Position numbers and translations under genes: made by a program
From: Clostridia bacterium
Lineage (GTDB): Bacteria > Bacillota > Clostridia > UMGS1840
DNA: 64,000 bases
Assembly: GCA_017936745.1 (NCBI GenBank)
Contig: JAGBEY010000016.1
Location: 192 to 64,191 of the forward strand
Direction of reading: 5' to 3'
Shown: in pieces, positions 1 through 9,807 of the stretch
Position numbering within the stretch: position 1 is the first letter of the stretch
How the letters are laid out: every line of letters begins with the position of its first letter
Notes under the pieces: generated by a model
Seen by the model: the letters and a program-made list of their open reading frames with translations, nothing else
The model's database searches: none
Told to the model about the DNA's origin: nothing

Positions 1-100
1 TTTTAAGTGGATCAAGCTCTCGTTCTATACATTCGACAGAAGCATAAAACGATTTCAAGTCAATACAAAGATAAGTTCGGTTTTTTCTTTGATTATCCAT
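1..100 (-). CDS. Y-family DNA polymerase (DinB/UmuC-like), first 33 codons only; the gene runs off the left edge
   Basis: Reverse complement of 1-100 reads MDNQRKNRTYLCIDLKSFYASVECIERELDPLK. IDLKSFYASVE is the N-terminal catalytic motif of Y-family polymerases. An AGGAG (108-112) lies 7 nt upstream of the ATG. Confidence 0.75.
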   Translation of the reverse strand, partial: MDNQRKNRTYLCIDLKSFYASVECIERELDPLK

Positions 101-165
101 TTTTATGCTCCTTTCGATAGATTTAAGTACAGATATACCGTGATACAGATTCGGAGATTTCGGCA

Positions 166-2439
166 TTGTATGTCACAGAGGCGATAATCAACAGGAGGAA
201 GGTTCCATACACTTTATATGTTAATCCGGTTTGTAAGCTTACTGTCGACGGAGGAACTTATGGACTTAGAACGCGTATTGTTCAAGTGGGTATGGGTACC
301 GACGACAAGAGTTGCAATTATCGCGGTACTGTGATAGCTGACCGTGTGGGTACCATTGAAATCAACGGAGGTTCCTTCTGTGCCTATGACCTTGGCTTTG
401 ATTATGGAATGCCGGGAGATGAATGGGGAACTTACGGTGTCAGTGACAGAGAGCTTACAGCTTTCGGCACTTGCTGTTACAATGGTAGCGCCACGGTTGG
501 TGTAAGTCCTATGAATCTTACCATCAACGGCGGTCTGTTTAATTCTTCAGGATATTCTATTCATCATTTTTTCAGCGCTTTGAGTGAGGCTTACGCCGGC
601 GAAGATGTGATTGAAAAGCTGACCTTCCCCACCATCAACGGCGGTGTGTTTGAAGGTGCAATCGGATATATCGGCAGAAGCGGGGTGGAATGTGCATTCG
701 GTAACCCGATTGCCGAGCTGAAAGAAAGAACACTTGACACAATGATCAGCGAAGACTCTTTTGTTCATATTACCATTGATGACGGCTACCATAACTATAT
801 TCTTAAGCCGGATAATGTAACTTTTGATGAAGCAAACTGCCATGACTTCTGGATGATGGTAATTGGAGAAAACTTAATTAACCTTGAAACAACACCGGCT
901 ACCGACGGACAAACAACATATCTTACCCGCAATACCAGTCAGATTGATCACTTCACAGTAACCTACACCATTCCCGACTATCTCGGCACCAGGATTTATA
1001 TTAATCCTTTTATTTACGTTTTTGAGGATAGGTATTCCGGATACGGGCAGGACTACGTGGAGGTCTACTATGGTAACTATCCCGACCTGACTGTTTCGGT
1101 CCAAGCGGGGATTGAGGTAATCAGCATTGATGACACCCGTTCGGGTATGACTTTCTATAACACCTATGAAATCACAGTCGAAGCGCCTAATCCACCGTCA
1201 ATTGTCACGCAGCCTGCCATGTGCAGAGTAGAACCGGGAGAATGGGCAGAAATGACGGTGAAGGCCAATCACGCCGAATCCTATCAGTGGTATATGATAG
1301 ATGATACCTTTGGGAAAATCCCCTTCGGAGATAATGTATTCACGTCCATGATTGACGGAATTGAAGGGTATCAGTCCGAAACCTTAAGAATTATGATGAA
1401 GGAGCCCTGCAAGATCAGTCTTTACTGTGTCATTACAGGCATAGACGGTACTGAAAAAAAGACATCGACAAGAAATATGTATTTCGGCGCTGCTCCGAGC
1501 GTTCGCGTCTTTAGCGGCGGAGAATATGAAGAGGGCGGCGATGCCACCTTTATCATCTGGGCAGACTACGCGGATCGACTCACCTGGATGGTAGTAGACA
1601 GAGGAAGCGGCAGTGCAAGCTTTTATAACCTCGAAGACTTTGCCGAAGAATCGGGATTCACCTACACAGAGACTCATCAGAAGATGCCTTCGGGAATTTA
1701 TAAAGCAACCGTTACCTTCCATAATGTCACCCAAGCAAGCGTAAATAAAATTTTTGTGGGCTATGAAATGAGCAACGCCATAGACACAACGGAATTCAAT
1801 CCGGAAAATGTGCTTCCGTTTACCCGAAAGGAAATCAGGCCCCAAATCACCAAGGAGCTGGAACCCGCAAGCTGCCTGGATGGCGACAGTCTGACATATA
1901 CCATTCAGGCAATGAATATGACAGATGCGGAATGGAGGTTCGAAAAGCCTGACGAGGACGGAATTGCGATAGCTTATGGCATAGATGAACTGCGTGAAGC
2001 ATTTCCGGAATCCTCGTTCATCCCGTCCTTTGAAACAGACAGCGAAACCGGCGAAAGCACGGCAACCCTTGTCATCGAAAAGGCAAGATATGAGATGTTT
2101 GATTACACCCTTTATGCCTATGCAAGTTCTTCCAGCGGAATCTATCTGGCAGGTTATGCACAGTTGGAAGTAATTCCTGTCAAGGATTTTGAAATTACCG
2201 ACTGTCAGAACTCCAGCAGCTATATCACCGTGTGCTGTCCCGAAGCGGGAGATTACACGCTGTATATTGCAGGCTACGATTCGTTTGGAAAATTGGAAGC
2301 TGTAGAGATTGCACCCTTGCATTTTACCAGAGGAAAAGCAAGCTACAACACACAAAAGCCATTGGCAGATTATCCAGATATCAGGGTAATGCTTTGGGAC
2401 AATCTTATCAGCCCGCTATGTTCTTTATATCAAAAATAA
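166..2439 (+). CDS. Large surface-protein-like ORF with no signal peptide and a TTG start in the track; possibly N-terminally truncated
   Basis: 757-aa ORF. The N-terminal part has recurring xINGGxF / VDGGTY motifs (beta-helix-like repeats), followed by Ig-like segments. There is no signal peptide and no convincing RBS. It begins 66 bp from the divergent polymerase gene. Confidence 0.5.
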   Translation: MYVTEAIINRRKVPYTLYVNPVCKLTVDGGTYGLRTRIVQVGMGTDDKSCNYRGTVIADRVGTIEINGGSFCAYDLGFDYGMPGDEWGTYGVSDRELTAFGTCCYNGSATVGVSPMNLTINGGLFNSSGYSIHHFFSALSEAYAGEDVIEKLTFPTINGGVFEGAIGYIGRSGVECAFGNPIAELKERTLDTMISEDSFVHITIDDGYHNYILKPDNVTFDEANCHDFWMMVIGENLINLETTPATDGQTTYLTRNTSQIDHFTVTYTIPDYLGTRIYINPFIYVFEDRYSGYGQDYVEVYYGNYPDLTVSVQAGIEVISIDDTRSGMTFYNTYEITVEAPNPPSIVTQPAMCRVEPGEWAEMTVKANHAESYQWYMIDDTFGKIPFGDNVFTSMIDGIEGYQSETLRIMMKEPCKISLYCVITGIDGTEKKTSTRNMYFGAAPSVRVFSGGEYEEGGDATFIIWADYADRLTWMVVDRGSGSASFYNLEDFAEESGFTYTETHQKMPSGIYKATVTFHNVTQASVNKIFVGYEMSNAIDTTEFNPENVLPFTRKEIRPQITKELEPASCLDGDSLTYTIQAMNMTDAEWRFEKPDEDGIAIAYGIDELREAFPESSFIPSFETDSETGESTATLVIEKARYEMFDYTLYAYASSSSGIYLAGYAQLEVIPVKDFEITDCQNSSSYITVCCPEAGDYTLYIAGYDSFGKLEAVEIAPLHFTRGKASYNTQKPLADYPDIRVMLWDNLISPLCSLYQK

Positions 2440-2443
2440 TCAG

Positions 2444-3952
2444 GTGATAATGATGAAAATGAAAAAAATTGTAACTGTTTTATTAAGCGTAGTCATGATA
2501 GCATCAATGATTCCTACAGCTGTTTTTGCGACAGATTATATCCAGTCTGTAGTTGTGCTTGGTATTGATGATCCTGTAGACGGTGCACCGTATGACCGTT
2601 TTGCAAGTCTGCCATCAAATGCTACATATACAATTTTCAGCCAGCCGGAATGGTATGACGAAACCGACGAAAGATTCCTGGAAGCAGGCGATTCTTTTGA
2701 AAGTGGACACAGTTACACAGTAAGTGTGTGGCTGGAACCGAATAACGGATATGAGTTTGCCTCTACTACTACAACAACAGATGTAAAGGCATCCATAAAT
2801 GGAAAAACTGCAGAAGCAGGAAAAGCTTATGAATATCAACGATGGGCAATGGTTGTTGTGTCTTATACATTCCCAGCGGTTGAGAAGGCAAAACCGGTTG
2901 GCAGAGTTGAAATAGAAATATCCAAACCAAAGGCAGGTGAAACTGTATCCTACGATGCAAAACTTACAGGTGAGGGCGTTAGACTCATGACTCGTATTCC
3001 TGACCTTAAAGATGTATATAAAAATGCTATTAACGGTATAGAATGGGATGACGAAACCGCAAATCATAATATGAAAAAGGGAGAAACCTTTACGGTCGGT
3101 CACGAATATGGACTCAGCGTATTTATTGAGCCTGAAGCCGGGTACAAGCTTGATAATACAAACAAGGATTATTCTGTCACCATAAACGGTTCAAATGCAT
3201 TACCTATTGACGGATTTGGAGAGGATCGTCGGGGATATTATATCAGTTATGATTGTATAGGTGAGATTGGTGCTGTAAATTTCAACATTGTCGAACCGGA
3301 AGTTGGCTCTACTCCGTTTTTTAAAGGCTATGCGGAAAATGGCAATGTGGATTGGGAGGTAACAGAACTTTCCTATTTTGATAAGAGTACGAGAGAACAT
3401 CTTGAAGCATACGATACATTTGAAGAAGGACACTATTACGAAATTTATTTCCGTATGCAGGCAAAAGACGGATATGATTTTACCAAAGATGAAAATGGTA
3501 ATTTTGACCAAAGCAAAATTACCATAAACGGACACACGCCAAGCGACTCAGGCTATTTCTCCAATGTGTGGAGAACAGGTTTTGTTAAAAGCTGTTATGG
3601 TCCGCTTAAAAAGAATAGCGAGAATCTTCCGCTCACCCTGCGCGATGATGAACTCGTTAATGATATAGTGCAATCTATCTATCTCTATGATCTTGAAAAA
3701 CCCAAAGTGGGAGCCACTCCGGATTATATTACGGTATGGTTTAGTGAATACTATTATCCTGTGATGTCATCTACAGAAGTTGAAAAATGGGGAGTTTGTT
3801 GGAAAAACGTAACTGCCGGAAAAGACCTTGCGGTTGAAGACTCTGTCTTTGAGGAAGGTAATGAGTATGAAGCTCATATCAGAGTTACAACCAACTATAA
3901 AATGAAATCAAACGGAATCAAGGCATGTTTAATTCTAAAAAGAAGGTGCTAA
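2444..3952 (+). CDS. Secreted repeat protein with four to five roughly 100-aa modules
   Basis: Signal peptide MKMKKIVTVLLSVVMIASMIPTAVFA. Recurring module pattern: P(V/K)xGATP ... W.DE ... FE.GH.Y ... GY.F. The likely true start is the ATG at 2450-2459, after AGGTGA. Confidence 0.6.
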   Translation: MIMMKMKKIVTVLLSVVMIASMIPTAVFATDYIQSVVVLGIDDPVDGAPYDRFASLPSNATYTIFSQPEWYDETDERFLEAGDSFESGHSYTVSVWLEPNNGYEFASTTTTTDVKASINGKTAEAGKAYEYQRWAMVVVSYTFPAVEKAKPVGRVEIEISKPKAGETVSYDAKLTGEGVRLMTRIPDLKDVYKNAINGIEWDDETANHNMKKGETFTVGHEYGLSVFIEPEAGYKLDNTNKDYSVTINGSNALPIDGFGEDRRGYYISYDCIGEIGAVNFNIVEPEVGSTPFFKGYAENGNVDWEVTELSYFDKSTREHLEAYDTFEEGHYYEIYFRMQAKDGYDFTKDENGNFDQSKITINGHTPSDSGYFSNVWRTGFVKSCYGPLKKNSENLPLTLRDDELVNDIVQSIYLYDLEKPKVGATPDYITVWFSEYYYPVMSSTEVEKWGVCWKNVTAGKDLAVEDSVFEEGNEYEAHIRVTTNYKMKSNGIKACLILKRRC

Positions 3953-4100
3953 AATGCAGAAAAATGAAATGAGAGCTGCCTTGCCCGGTATTTCTGTGCA
4001 GCGTAAAGGCGGAACAAGCACTACCACCTTTAGCCCCGATGCAAATTGCACCAGAGCACAGGTAGTAACATTCCTGTATAGATTTATCAACGCCGGGTGA
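3939..4100 (+). pseudogene. Out-of-frame SLH-like C-terminal fragment (remnant wall anchor)
   Basis: The open frame 3939-4100 reads ...GGTSTTTFSPDANCTRAQVVTFLYRFINAG*. TFSPD..TRAQ..TFLYR is the second half of an SLH-type motif. It is in a different frame from 2444-3952, and the two frames overlap at an A5 run (3937-3941). Confidence 0.35.
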
Positions 4101-4211
4101 ATGCGAACCAAAAAATTCTATATGAACGACTGCGGCTGTAAGAAGTGATAACGAAGCAATAGCTCAAATGAAAATCATCGAAACTGTTGTTGTTTTTTAG
4201 TGATACAACAA

Positions 4212-4244
4212 AACAGGCTGAATCCTACTCGGATTCAGCCTGTT
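4212..4244. terminator. Bidirectional stem-loop between convergent genes
   Basis: caggctgaatcc / ggattcagcctg is a 12-bp stem with loop tactc. It is flanked by an A-run and a T-run. Confidence 0.6.
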
Positions 4245-4252
4245 TTCATATA

Positions 4253-5224
4253 TTATTTCTTTTTCCGGTATCTGATACAACCCACAACTCCCAATACCGC
4301 AATCACGCCTACGGCAACTGACAGTGCGGGAATCCACAAGGAAGTGATTGGCGAAGTTTCTCCCGTATTTTTTGCATACAGTTCTTTTTGTACTCCATAC
4401 GGAAGAAACTCATACAAGGTTGCTAAATCCTCCCATTTCATGGTAAAATCGCAACCGGGGAGTCTTCCCATCATCTGATGGTAGTGATCCACCTCGCAAA
4501 ACCGAGATACCGAGGCGAAAGCTGTTTTGGAAAAGCCGTCATACAAGGTGTCCTGCCTGTGTGTTACTGTAATGTAAAGCATATCGTCTTCCCAATCCTC
4601 AGCTCCCATTCTTTTTAAAATGGTATTTTTCACGTCGGTAATCAACACATTGTCGGAAAACTTAAAAAAACGGTCTACATTGATATCATACTCCACACCG
4701 TTTAAGGAAATCGTGACTTTTTCAGCAATCTCACGACTGGTTTCCATATATTCACTTAAAGTGATTTTTCTTCCCACATTCACACGGGCAATTTCTGACA
4801 TTTCATATAAGCCTTCCTCTAAGTACGCTTGAATCCGTTCGGAAAATTCATCGGTAATCTGTAAGACGATTTCCCCATCTGTACGGCTTTTGACCTCATA
4901 GGCATAAACCACATCCCCGGGAAGAAAGCCAAAGAAATATTCTGCTCCCTTTTTAGGAGTATTTTTTGAAAAATAGCAGACCGGATAGGATTGCTCCACC
5001 TGAACCTCCACTTCCCCTTTAATTTTTAAAACAGGAAGCACAGTCACCTCTTTCACATCGGAACGATTTTCTTCTTTGGAGTCTGCAAAATCCACAAGCG
5101 TTCCGATAAAGACTTTCGCATCGTCTTCATAGCTAAAAGCTTCCGGAATATCTCCCGCCAATGCAGGCACACACAATGAAACAAGCATACAAATGATACC
5201 AAGTATTGAAATAATTTTTTTCAT
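4253..5224 (-). CDS. Hypothetical exported protein with a C-terminal membrane anchor
   Basis: N-terminal signal peptide MKKIISILGIICMLVSLCVPALAG. C-terminal TM helix WIPALSVAVGVIAVLGVVGCI followed by RYRKKK. Confidence 0.6.
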   Translation of the reverse strand: MKKIISILGIICMLVSLCVPALAGDIPEAFSYEDDAKVFIGTLVDFADSKEENRSDVKEVTVLPVLKIKGEVEVQVEQSYPVCYFSKNTPKKGAEYFFGFLPGDVVYAYEVKSRTDGEIVLQITDEFSERIQAYLEEGLYEMSEIARVNVGRKITLSEYMETSREIAEKVTISLNGVEYDINVDRFFKFSDNVLITDVKNTILKRMGAEDWEDDMLYITVTHRQDTLYDGFSKTAFASVSRFCEVDHYHQMMGRLPGCDFTMKWEDLATLYEFLPYGVQKELYAKNTGETSPITSLWIPALSVAVGVIAVLGVVGCIRYRKKK

Positions 5225-5244
5225 AGCATTGCCTCCTGATTCTG

Positions 5245-5934
5245 TTATAAAAGAGATTCCAGTTCCCGCAAATCGGAAATTTCGTAAGTAACGGGGATAC
5301 CAAGGGTATTTTCTTCTCCGGTCGGATTATACCAAACAGTATCAATCCCCATATTCAAACCGCCTTGTATATCCGAGGTGAGAGAATCGCCGATGATGAC
5401 TGCCTCTTCTTTGTTAAAGTCCGAAATTTTGGAAAATACAATCTCAAAATAGGCTTTTTCCGGCTTTTGAAATCCGATTTCTTCGGAAATGAAAATGCCG
5501 TCTGCCAATGATTCAAGTCCTGATTTTCTGAGCCTTGGCCACTGCACCTCACGGGTACCGTTGGTGACATAATAAATTTGAAAGCCTTTTTGTTTCAAAC
5601 GAATCAACAGCTTGTCCGCCCCGTCAATTAACTCTGCGATTTTAGAAAGCTCATTACGATAGTAACGGTCAAATGCCACACTGTCTCCCGAAAAACCAAA
5701 TTCCCGGAATAAATCGTCAAATCGTGCCGATAAAAATTTGGACTTCTCGATTTTCCCTTTCTCAAATTCTTCCCAATAGTATTGATTGATGGCTTCATAT
5801 CGGGCACGAATCTGTTCACTGTAGGAAAAGGAAAAATCCTCCAGTGATTTTTTCAGGGCAATTTGTTCAGATTTTTTGAAATCAAGCAGTGTACGGTCTA
5901 CATCAAACAATAAAAAATGTTTATTCAACAGCAA
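5245..5934 (-). CDS. HAD-superfamily hydrolase (subfamily IA, YjjG-like nucleotidase type)
   Basis: The DxDxT motif is present as FDVDRTLLDF. A late GDSLTSDIQGG motif is also present. Confidence 0.8.
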   Translation of the reverse strand: MLLNKHFLLFDVDRTLLDFKKSEQIALKKSLEDFSFSYSEQIRARYEAINQYYWEEFEKGKIEKSKFLSARFDDLFREFGFSGDSVAFDRYYRNELSKIAELIDGADKLLIRLKQKGFQIYYVTNGTREVQWPRLRKSGLESLADGIFISEEIGFQKPEKAYFEIVFSKISDFNKEEAVIIGDSLTSDIQGGLNMGIDTVWYNPTGEENTLGIPVTYEISDLRELESLL

Positions 5935-5969
5935 CCCCTCCGTATCCTATTAAAAACCTTTAATATCTG

Positions 5970-6845
5970 TTATAAAAACAACAATGTACCAGCAAAGCAG
6001 ATGATAATACCTAACACCTGTCTCCCGGAAAGTCTTTCCTGAAACACTAGTGTTCCGGCAAGAGAAGTTAATATCACGGAACCTCCTGTTACCATCGGAA
6101 AGAGCACTGAGGCAGGAACTGTTGATGCACCAGCCAATTGCAATACATAAGAGAGTCCATCTGAAACTGCCGCAAACAGAATGACCCAAATTGCTGTTTT
6201 CATCGGCAGCTTTACAATTTTTTCACCGGGACATCTTTTTCCGATTACAAGCAAGGATATTGAGCACAGAACCACTTTCCAAACCACTACAAGAAAGGCA
6301 TAATCAGAGGATGTAATCAGCTCGCTTGCAGGGCTAATTTGATGCAATTTACTAACGATACTACACAATCCATTTAAAACAAAAACCGCAATACATAATA
6401 AAAGTGGCTTTCTGCCGAGCTTTTTCTCTCCGGTGTTAGAAATAGCAATTGCCGCAACAATCGCTACGAGACCAATGGTGCGCAAGAGAGTTAATTCTTC
6501 GTTTAAGAATAAAACCCCAAAAATGTATGGAAGTACCATACCGCCCGACATAAGGAAAAATGTGTAATGAGCCACATTCCCCATTTCCAGAATTTTAAAT
6601 CCGATAAAAACATATAACATCCCCGTAATGGTAGAAAATGCCGACATCATCACGGAATATGCAGTAAGATTGATACGAAAATTATTCATCACGAAAAACA
6701 TAACGGCGCAAAATATTCCCATCCAGGTGTTATAGGTTAACCCCGCTTTGAGTGTTGTGCCTGCTGTCTTTTGATACTTTTTTTGAAAAACAAAACTGGT
6801 TGCAAGAAAAAAATCTGCAACAACAATCATCAAATATGAATTCAT
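5970..6845 (-). CDS. DMT/EamA-type polytopic transporter
   Basis: 291 aa, about 10 hydrophobic helices, with a two-halves organisation. Confidence 0.6.
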   Translation of the reverse strand: MNSYLMIVVADFFLATSFVFQKKYQKTAGTTLKAGLTYNTWMGIFCAVMFFVMNNFRINLTAYSVMMSAFSTITGMLYVFIGFKILEMGNVAHYTFFLMSGGMVLPYIFGVLFLNEELTLLRTIGLVAIVAAIAISNTGEKKLGRKPLLLCIAVFVLNGLCSIVSKLHQISPASELITSSDYAFLVVVWKVVLCSISLLVIGKRCPGEKIVKLPMKTAIWVILFAAVSDGLSYVLQLAGASTVPASVLFPMVTGGSVILTSLAGTLVFQERLSGRQVLGIIICFAGTLLFL

Positions 6846-6873
6846 TGTATGATATTCCTCCTAGCAATGGTTA

Positions 6874-7323
6874 TTACAAAACTTCTCTGCTATCCAACAC
6901 AATGGTAAACGGGCCGTCGTTGATAAGAGATACTTTCATATCGGCACCAAATTCACCGCATTCCACTTGCCCGAACAGCTCTTTGCACTTGTCCAGCATA
7001 TAATGATAGAGTTCCTTCGCCATATCGGGTGCACCTGCACCGATAAAGCTGGGACGGTTGCCTTTTTTACAGTCGGCATACAAGGTGAACTGAGAAACTG
7101 CCAGAACCTCACCACCCACATCCGAAATACTTAGATTGGTTTTTCCGTTTTCGTCTTCAAAAATGCGGAGCTTCGCAATTTTGGTGAGAAGCTTGTCTGC
7201 AATTTCCCGGGTATCCTCATTGGATATGCCAATCAAAAGAAGATACCCTTTCCCAATGGCTCCTTTGATGTTACCATCAATAGAAACACTTGCCTCTGAC
7301 ACTCTTTGTATTACAATTTTCAT
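6874..7323 (-). CDS. dtd: D-aminoacyl-tRNA deacylase
   Basis: MKIVIQRV start, and SQFTLYAD and GEFGADM motifs. 149 aa. Confidence 0.92.
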   Translation of the reverse strand: MKIVIQRVSEASVSIDGNIKGAIGKGYLLLIGISNEDTREIADKLLTKIAKLRIFEDENGKTNLSISDVGGEVLAVSQFTLYADCKKGNRPSFIGAGAPDMAKELYHYMLDKCKELFGQVECGEFGADMKVSLINDGPFTIVLDSREVL

Positions 7324-7339
7324 AGCATATTCCTCTTTT

Positions 7340-7864
7340 TTAAAGTTTCTTTTCCAATAACACCATATTGATGCCCGTCATGGAATGAAAGGTGCAAGGC
7401 ACAATTCCAATTTCACGGTAGCCCAGTTTTCGATACAGATTTCTGGCACGGACATTTCGTTCATTAGTATCCATCCGAAGATAAGGACACTCGTTTTCCA
7501 GGGCATACTGCTCATAAAAATCGACAAATTTCCTGCCATAGCCCTTTCCTGAAGCTCTGGTGGAAATCACAAGAGTGTGCAGTACCATAACCCTATCCGG
7601 CGGAGCATCATACTGCCAGTTTCCCAATGGGTATACGTCCATTTGCTCGTGATTGATAACAGCAGTACCCACCACCCCTGTTTCGTCCTCCGATACAAAT
7701 AAATCGTTTCGCAAATATGCCTCTTCGGCTGTTTTACGGGTGGGATAAATATTCCGGTTCCAACCGATGACTGCTTTCCCTTCTTCTTCCAAGATATGAT
7801 TTTCTAAATAAATTTCCCAGATTCTTTCAATATCTGTTTCTTGTGCTTTTCTGAATGTAAGCAT
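7340..7864 (-). CDS. GNAT family N-acetyltransferase
   Basis: Acetyl-CoA pocket-like [11 protein letters not shown]. 174 aa. Confidence 0.75.
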   Translation of the reverse strand: MLTFRKAQETDIERIWEIYLENHILEEEGKAVIGWNRNIYPTRKTAEEAYLRNDLFVSEDETGVVGTAVINHEQMDVYPLGNWQYDAPPDRVMVLHTLVISTRASGKGYGRKFVDFYEQYALENECPYLRMDTNERNVRARNLYRKLGYREIGIVPCTFHSMTGINMVLLEKKL

Positions 7865-7867
7865 AGA

Positions 7868-8401
7868 TTACTCCGTGATTGGTTTATTTTTTTCGCATTG
7901 TGAAATTACATTTTGCATTTCTAATATTGCCAGAGTATCAATATCATTTTTTCCGATATCTGTTACACGGTCTGTAAACTGACGCGGAAAAACAGCTCGG
8001 ATTTCCTCTGTATCCCGGGGATAACTTCCCCGTGCCGTCATCACGCCTTGTTCATCGGCAGATACCACCACAACTGCAGGCATTGCATCAATGCCTGCAA
8101 GCTTCGTAAGCTCCCCGTCCTTGTCAGCATATACCCCATAGGATGCCAGCAAATAGAAATAAACATCCCCTGCTTTTTCTTCGTTGCCTAAAATGATATG
8201 CCCGGAAGCAGTATACTCCGATGGTGGAAACTTCCCGTTATAATCACGGAGAATAGTGTCTGCCAGAACAGTATGTACTTCGCGAGGATAATCCTTTAAT
8301 TCTGCTATAGCTGGCGGCTGTTCAACAGAACAAGCTGTGCATAAGAAAAAAATTGCAAACGCCAACATTCCTGACAAAAATGATTTCATTAAATTATCCA
8401 T
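7868..8401 (-). CDS. Hypothetical lipoprotein or exported protein
   Basis: Hydrophobic N-terminus ending FFLCTAC|S, a lipobox-like Cys. Confidence 0.5.
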   Translation of the reverse strand: MDNLMKSFLSGMLAFAIFFLCTACSVEQPPAIAELKDYPREVHTVLADTILRDYNGKFPPSEYTASGHIILGNEEKAGDVYFYLLASYGVYADKDGELTKLAGIDAMPAVVVVSADEQGVMTARGSYPRDTEEIRAVFPRQFTDRVTDIGKNDIDTLAILEMQNVISQCEKNKPITE

Positions 8402-8957
8402 TCTGATGAACCTTACACAGAATGTCGCTTAGTTTTTCATCGTCAATACTGTCCACCACGTCGAACAGCTTCAGAATTTTTTCTCCTGCTGCACCTTGTC
8501 TGATTAAATCGTGCAGCAAAGCAATCAGGCTATCATAGAAACCATCCAGATTCAGAACCACAATGGGAGTATCCATCTGCTGTAAATATTTCAGAGTAAG
8601 AATCTGGAAAAATTCGTCCATTGTTCCGATTCCGCCGGGAGCGATAAGGTATACATCCGCATGCTTTTCCATCAGTGTTTTCCGTTCTGCCATAGTATCC
8701 ACCAAAAGGGTGTTGTCACAATTAAAAATGGTTTCAAATTCACCCATAAAACGCGGAGTGACCCCCATAATATAGCCATCATTTTTTCGGAAGCCTCTGG
8801 CAATTGCCCCCATACAGCCGGTTGCACCTGCTCCATACACTAAGGAAAAGCCTTTTTCTGCTAAGGTTGCTCCTAAGGTTTCGATTGCATTCTTATGAGC
8901 CTCCGAAATTGTTTCTGACGCTCCTCCATATAAACAAACAAAATATTGATGTGACAT
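8394..8957 (-). CDS. LOG family (TIGR00730) nucleotide phosphoribohydrolase
   Basis: Motifs GAGATGCMG and PGGIGTMDEF. Confidence 0.85.
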   Translation of the reverse strand: MSHQYFVCLYGGASETISEAHKNAIETLGATLAEKGFSLVYGAGATGCMGAIARGFRKNDGYIMGVTPRFMGEFETIFNCDNTLLVDTMAERKTLMEKHADVYLIAPGGIGTMDEFFQILTLKYLQQMDTPIVVLNLDGFYDSLIALLHDLIRQGAAGEKILKLFDVVDSIDDEKLSDILCKVHQNG

Positions 8958-8967
8958 TTCTATTCTC

Positions 8968-9495
8968 CTATTCTTTTACATAATCTAACAATTCTTTGAT
9001 TGCCTTACGGTCGGTAAAATCACCGTCACAATCACACAATGTAACCAAGAGACGTTCCATCTCAGAAGGGTTTTCTTTTTCGCTCATCAGCTTTTTCAAT
9101 GCCTTTAAAGCAGTGCGATGAACCAGCGACAGCTCACTCATCAACATTTTCCCCATAAAGTTAAACACCTTAACTTTGGTTTGTGTATCGCCCTTGAAAT
9201 TTTTTTCCATCACCATTTTATCATAATAATCACGACAATCAAGCGGTGTGATACCTGTGGTAAAGACCACAAGCTTCTTCCCCTCTAATTTGGATATGTT
9301 TTTGGTAATGAGAGTCACTCCTGCGATGACCTCTGCATACAGCCCACCACCGTAAATAATGGTGTCATAATCGCTTAAATCCTCAGCCTTCAAGCCCTTG
9401 TTTTCTATGGCTTCGCAAGATAATTCCTCAGCAATCCATTGTGCATAGGCTTTGGTGGAACCGTATTTTGATTTATAAATCACGATTGGTTTCAT
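8968..9495 (-). CDS. Flavodoxin-domain protein
   Basis: MKPIVIYKSKYGSTKAYAQWIAEEL is a flavodoxin-like phosphate loop. 175 aa. Confidence 0.7.
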   Translation of the reverse strand: MKPIVIYKSKYGSTKAYAQWIAEELSCEAIENKGLKAEDLSDYDTIIYGGGLYAEVIAGVTLITKNISKLEGKKLVVFTTGITPLDCRDYYDKMVMEKNFKGDTQTKVKVFNFMGKMLMSELSLVHRTALKALKKLMSEKENPSEMERLLVTLCDCDGDFTDRKAIKELLDYVKE

Positions 9496-9610
9496 TCTGT
9501 ACTCTCTCCCTATATTTTATGTTACCATAATACTATATGATTTGTGTGTCAGACTTGTGAATGATAACAAGTTTATGGTATCATAAACGAAAGAAAAAGT
9601 CAACGATTTC

Positions 9611-9644
9611 AAAAATAAAAAAATAGACTTTGCAATCTGCAAAG
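9611..9644 (-). terminator. Rho-independent terminator-like hairpin (minus strand)
   Basis: ctttgca-atc-tgcaaag (9628-9644). On the minus strand a T-rich run follows it (the complement of 9611-9623). Confidence 0.45.
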
Positions 9645-9732
9645 CCACCCTGACTGATGCCTGATTCTCCACCGGTCACCTTTTTAAAAACTGACAAGTC
9701 TATTATGAAAATAATAAAAAAAGGATTGATTT

Positions 9733-9764
9733 CAAAAAAAAAAGCACTTGCAATTTGCAAGTGC
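9733..9764 (-). terminator. Strong rho-independent terminator (minus strand)
   Basis: Near-perfect palindrome agcacttgcaa-t-ttgcaagtgct (9742-9764). On the minus strand a T9-10 run follows it. Confidence 0.7.
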
Positions 9765-9807
9765 TCTTCTTTGGGACAGCAGAATGATTAAGCTATTTGA
9801 CATTGAA

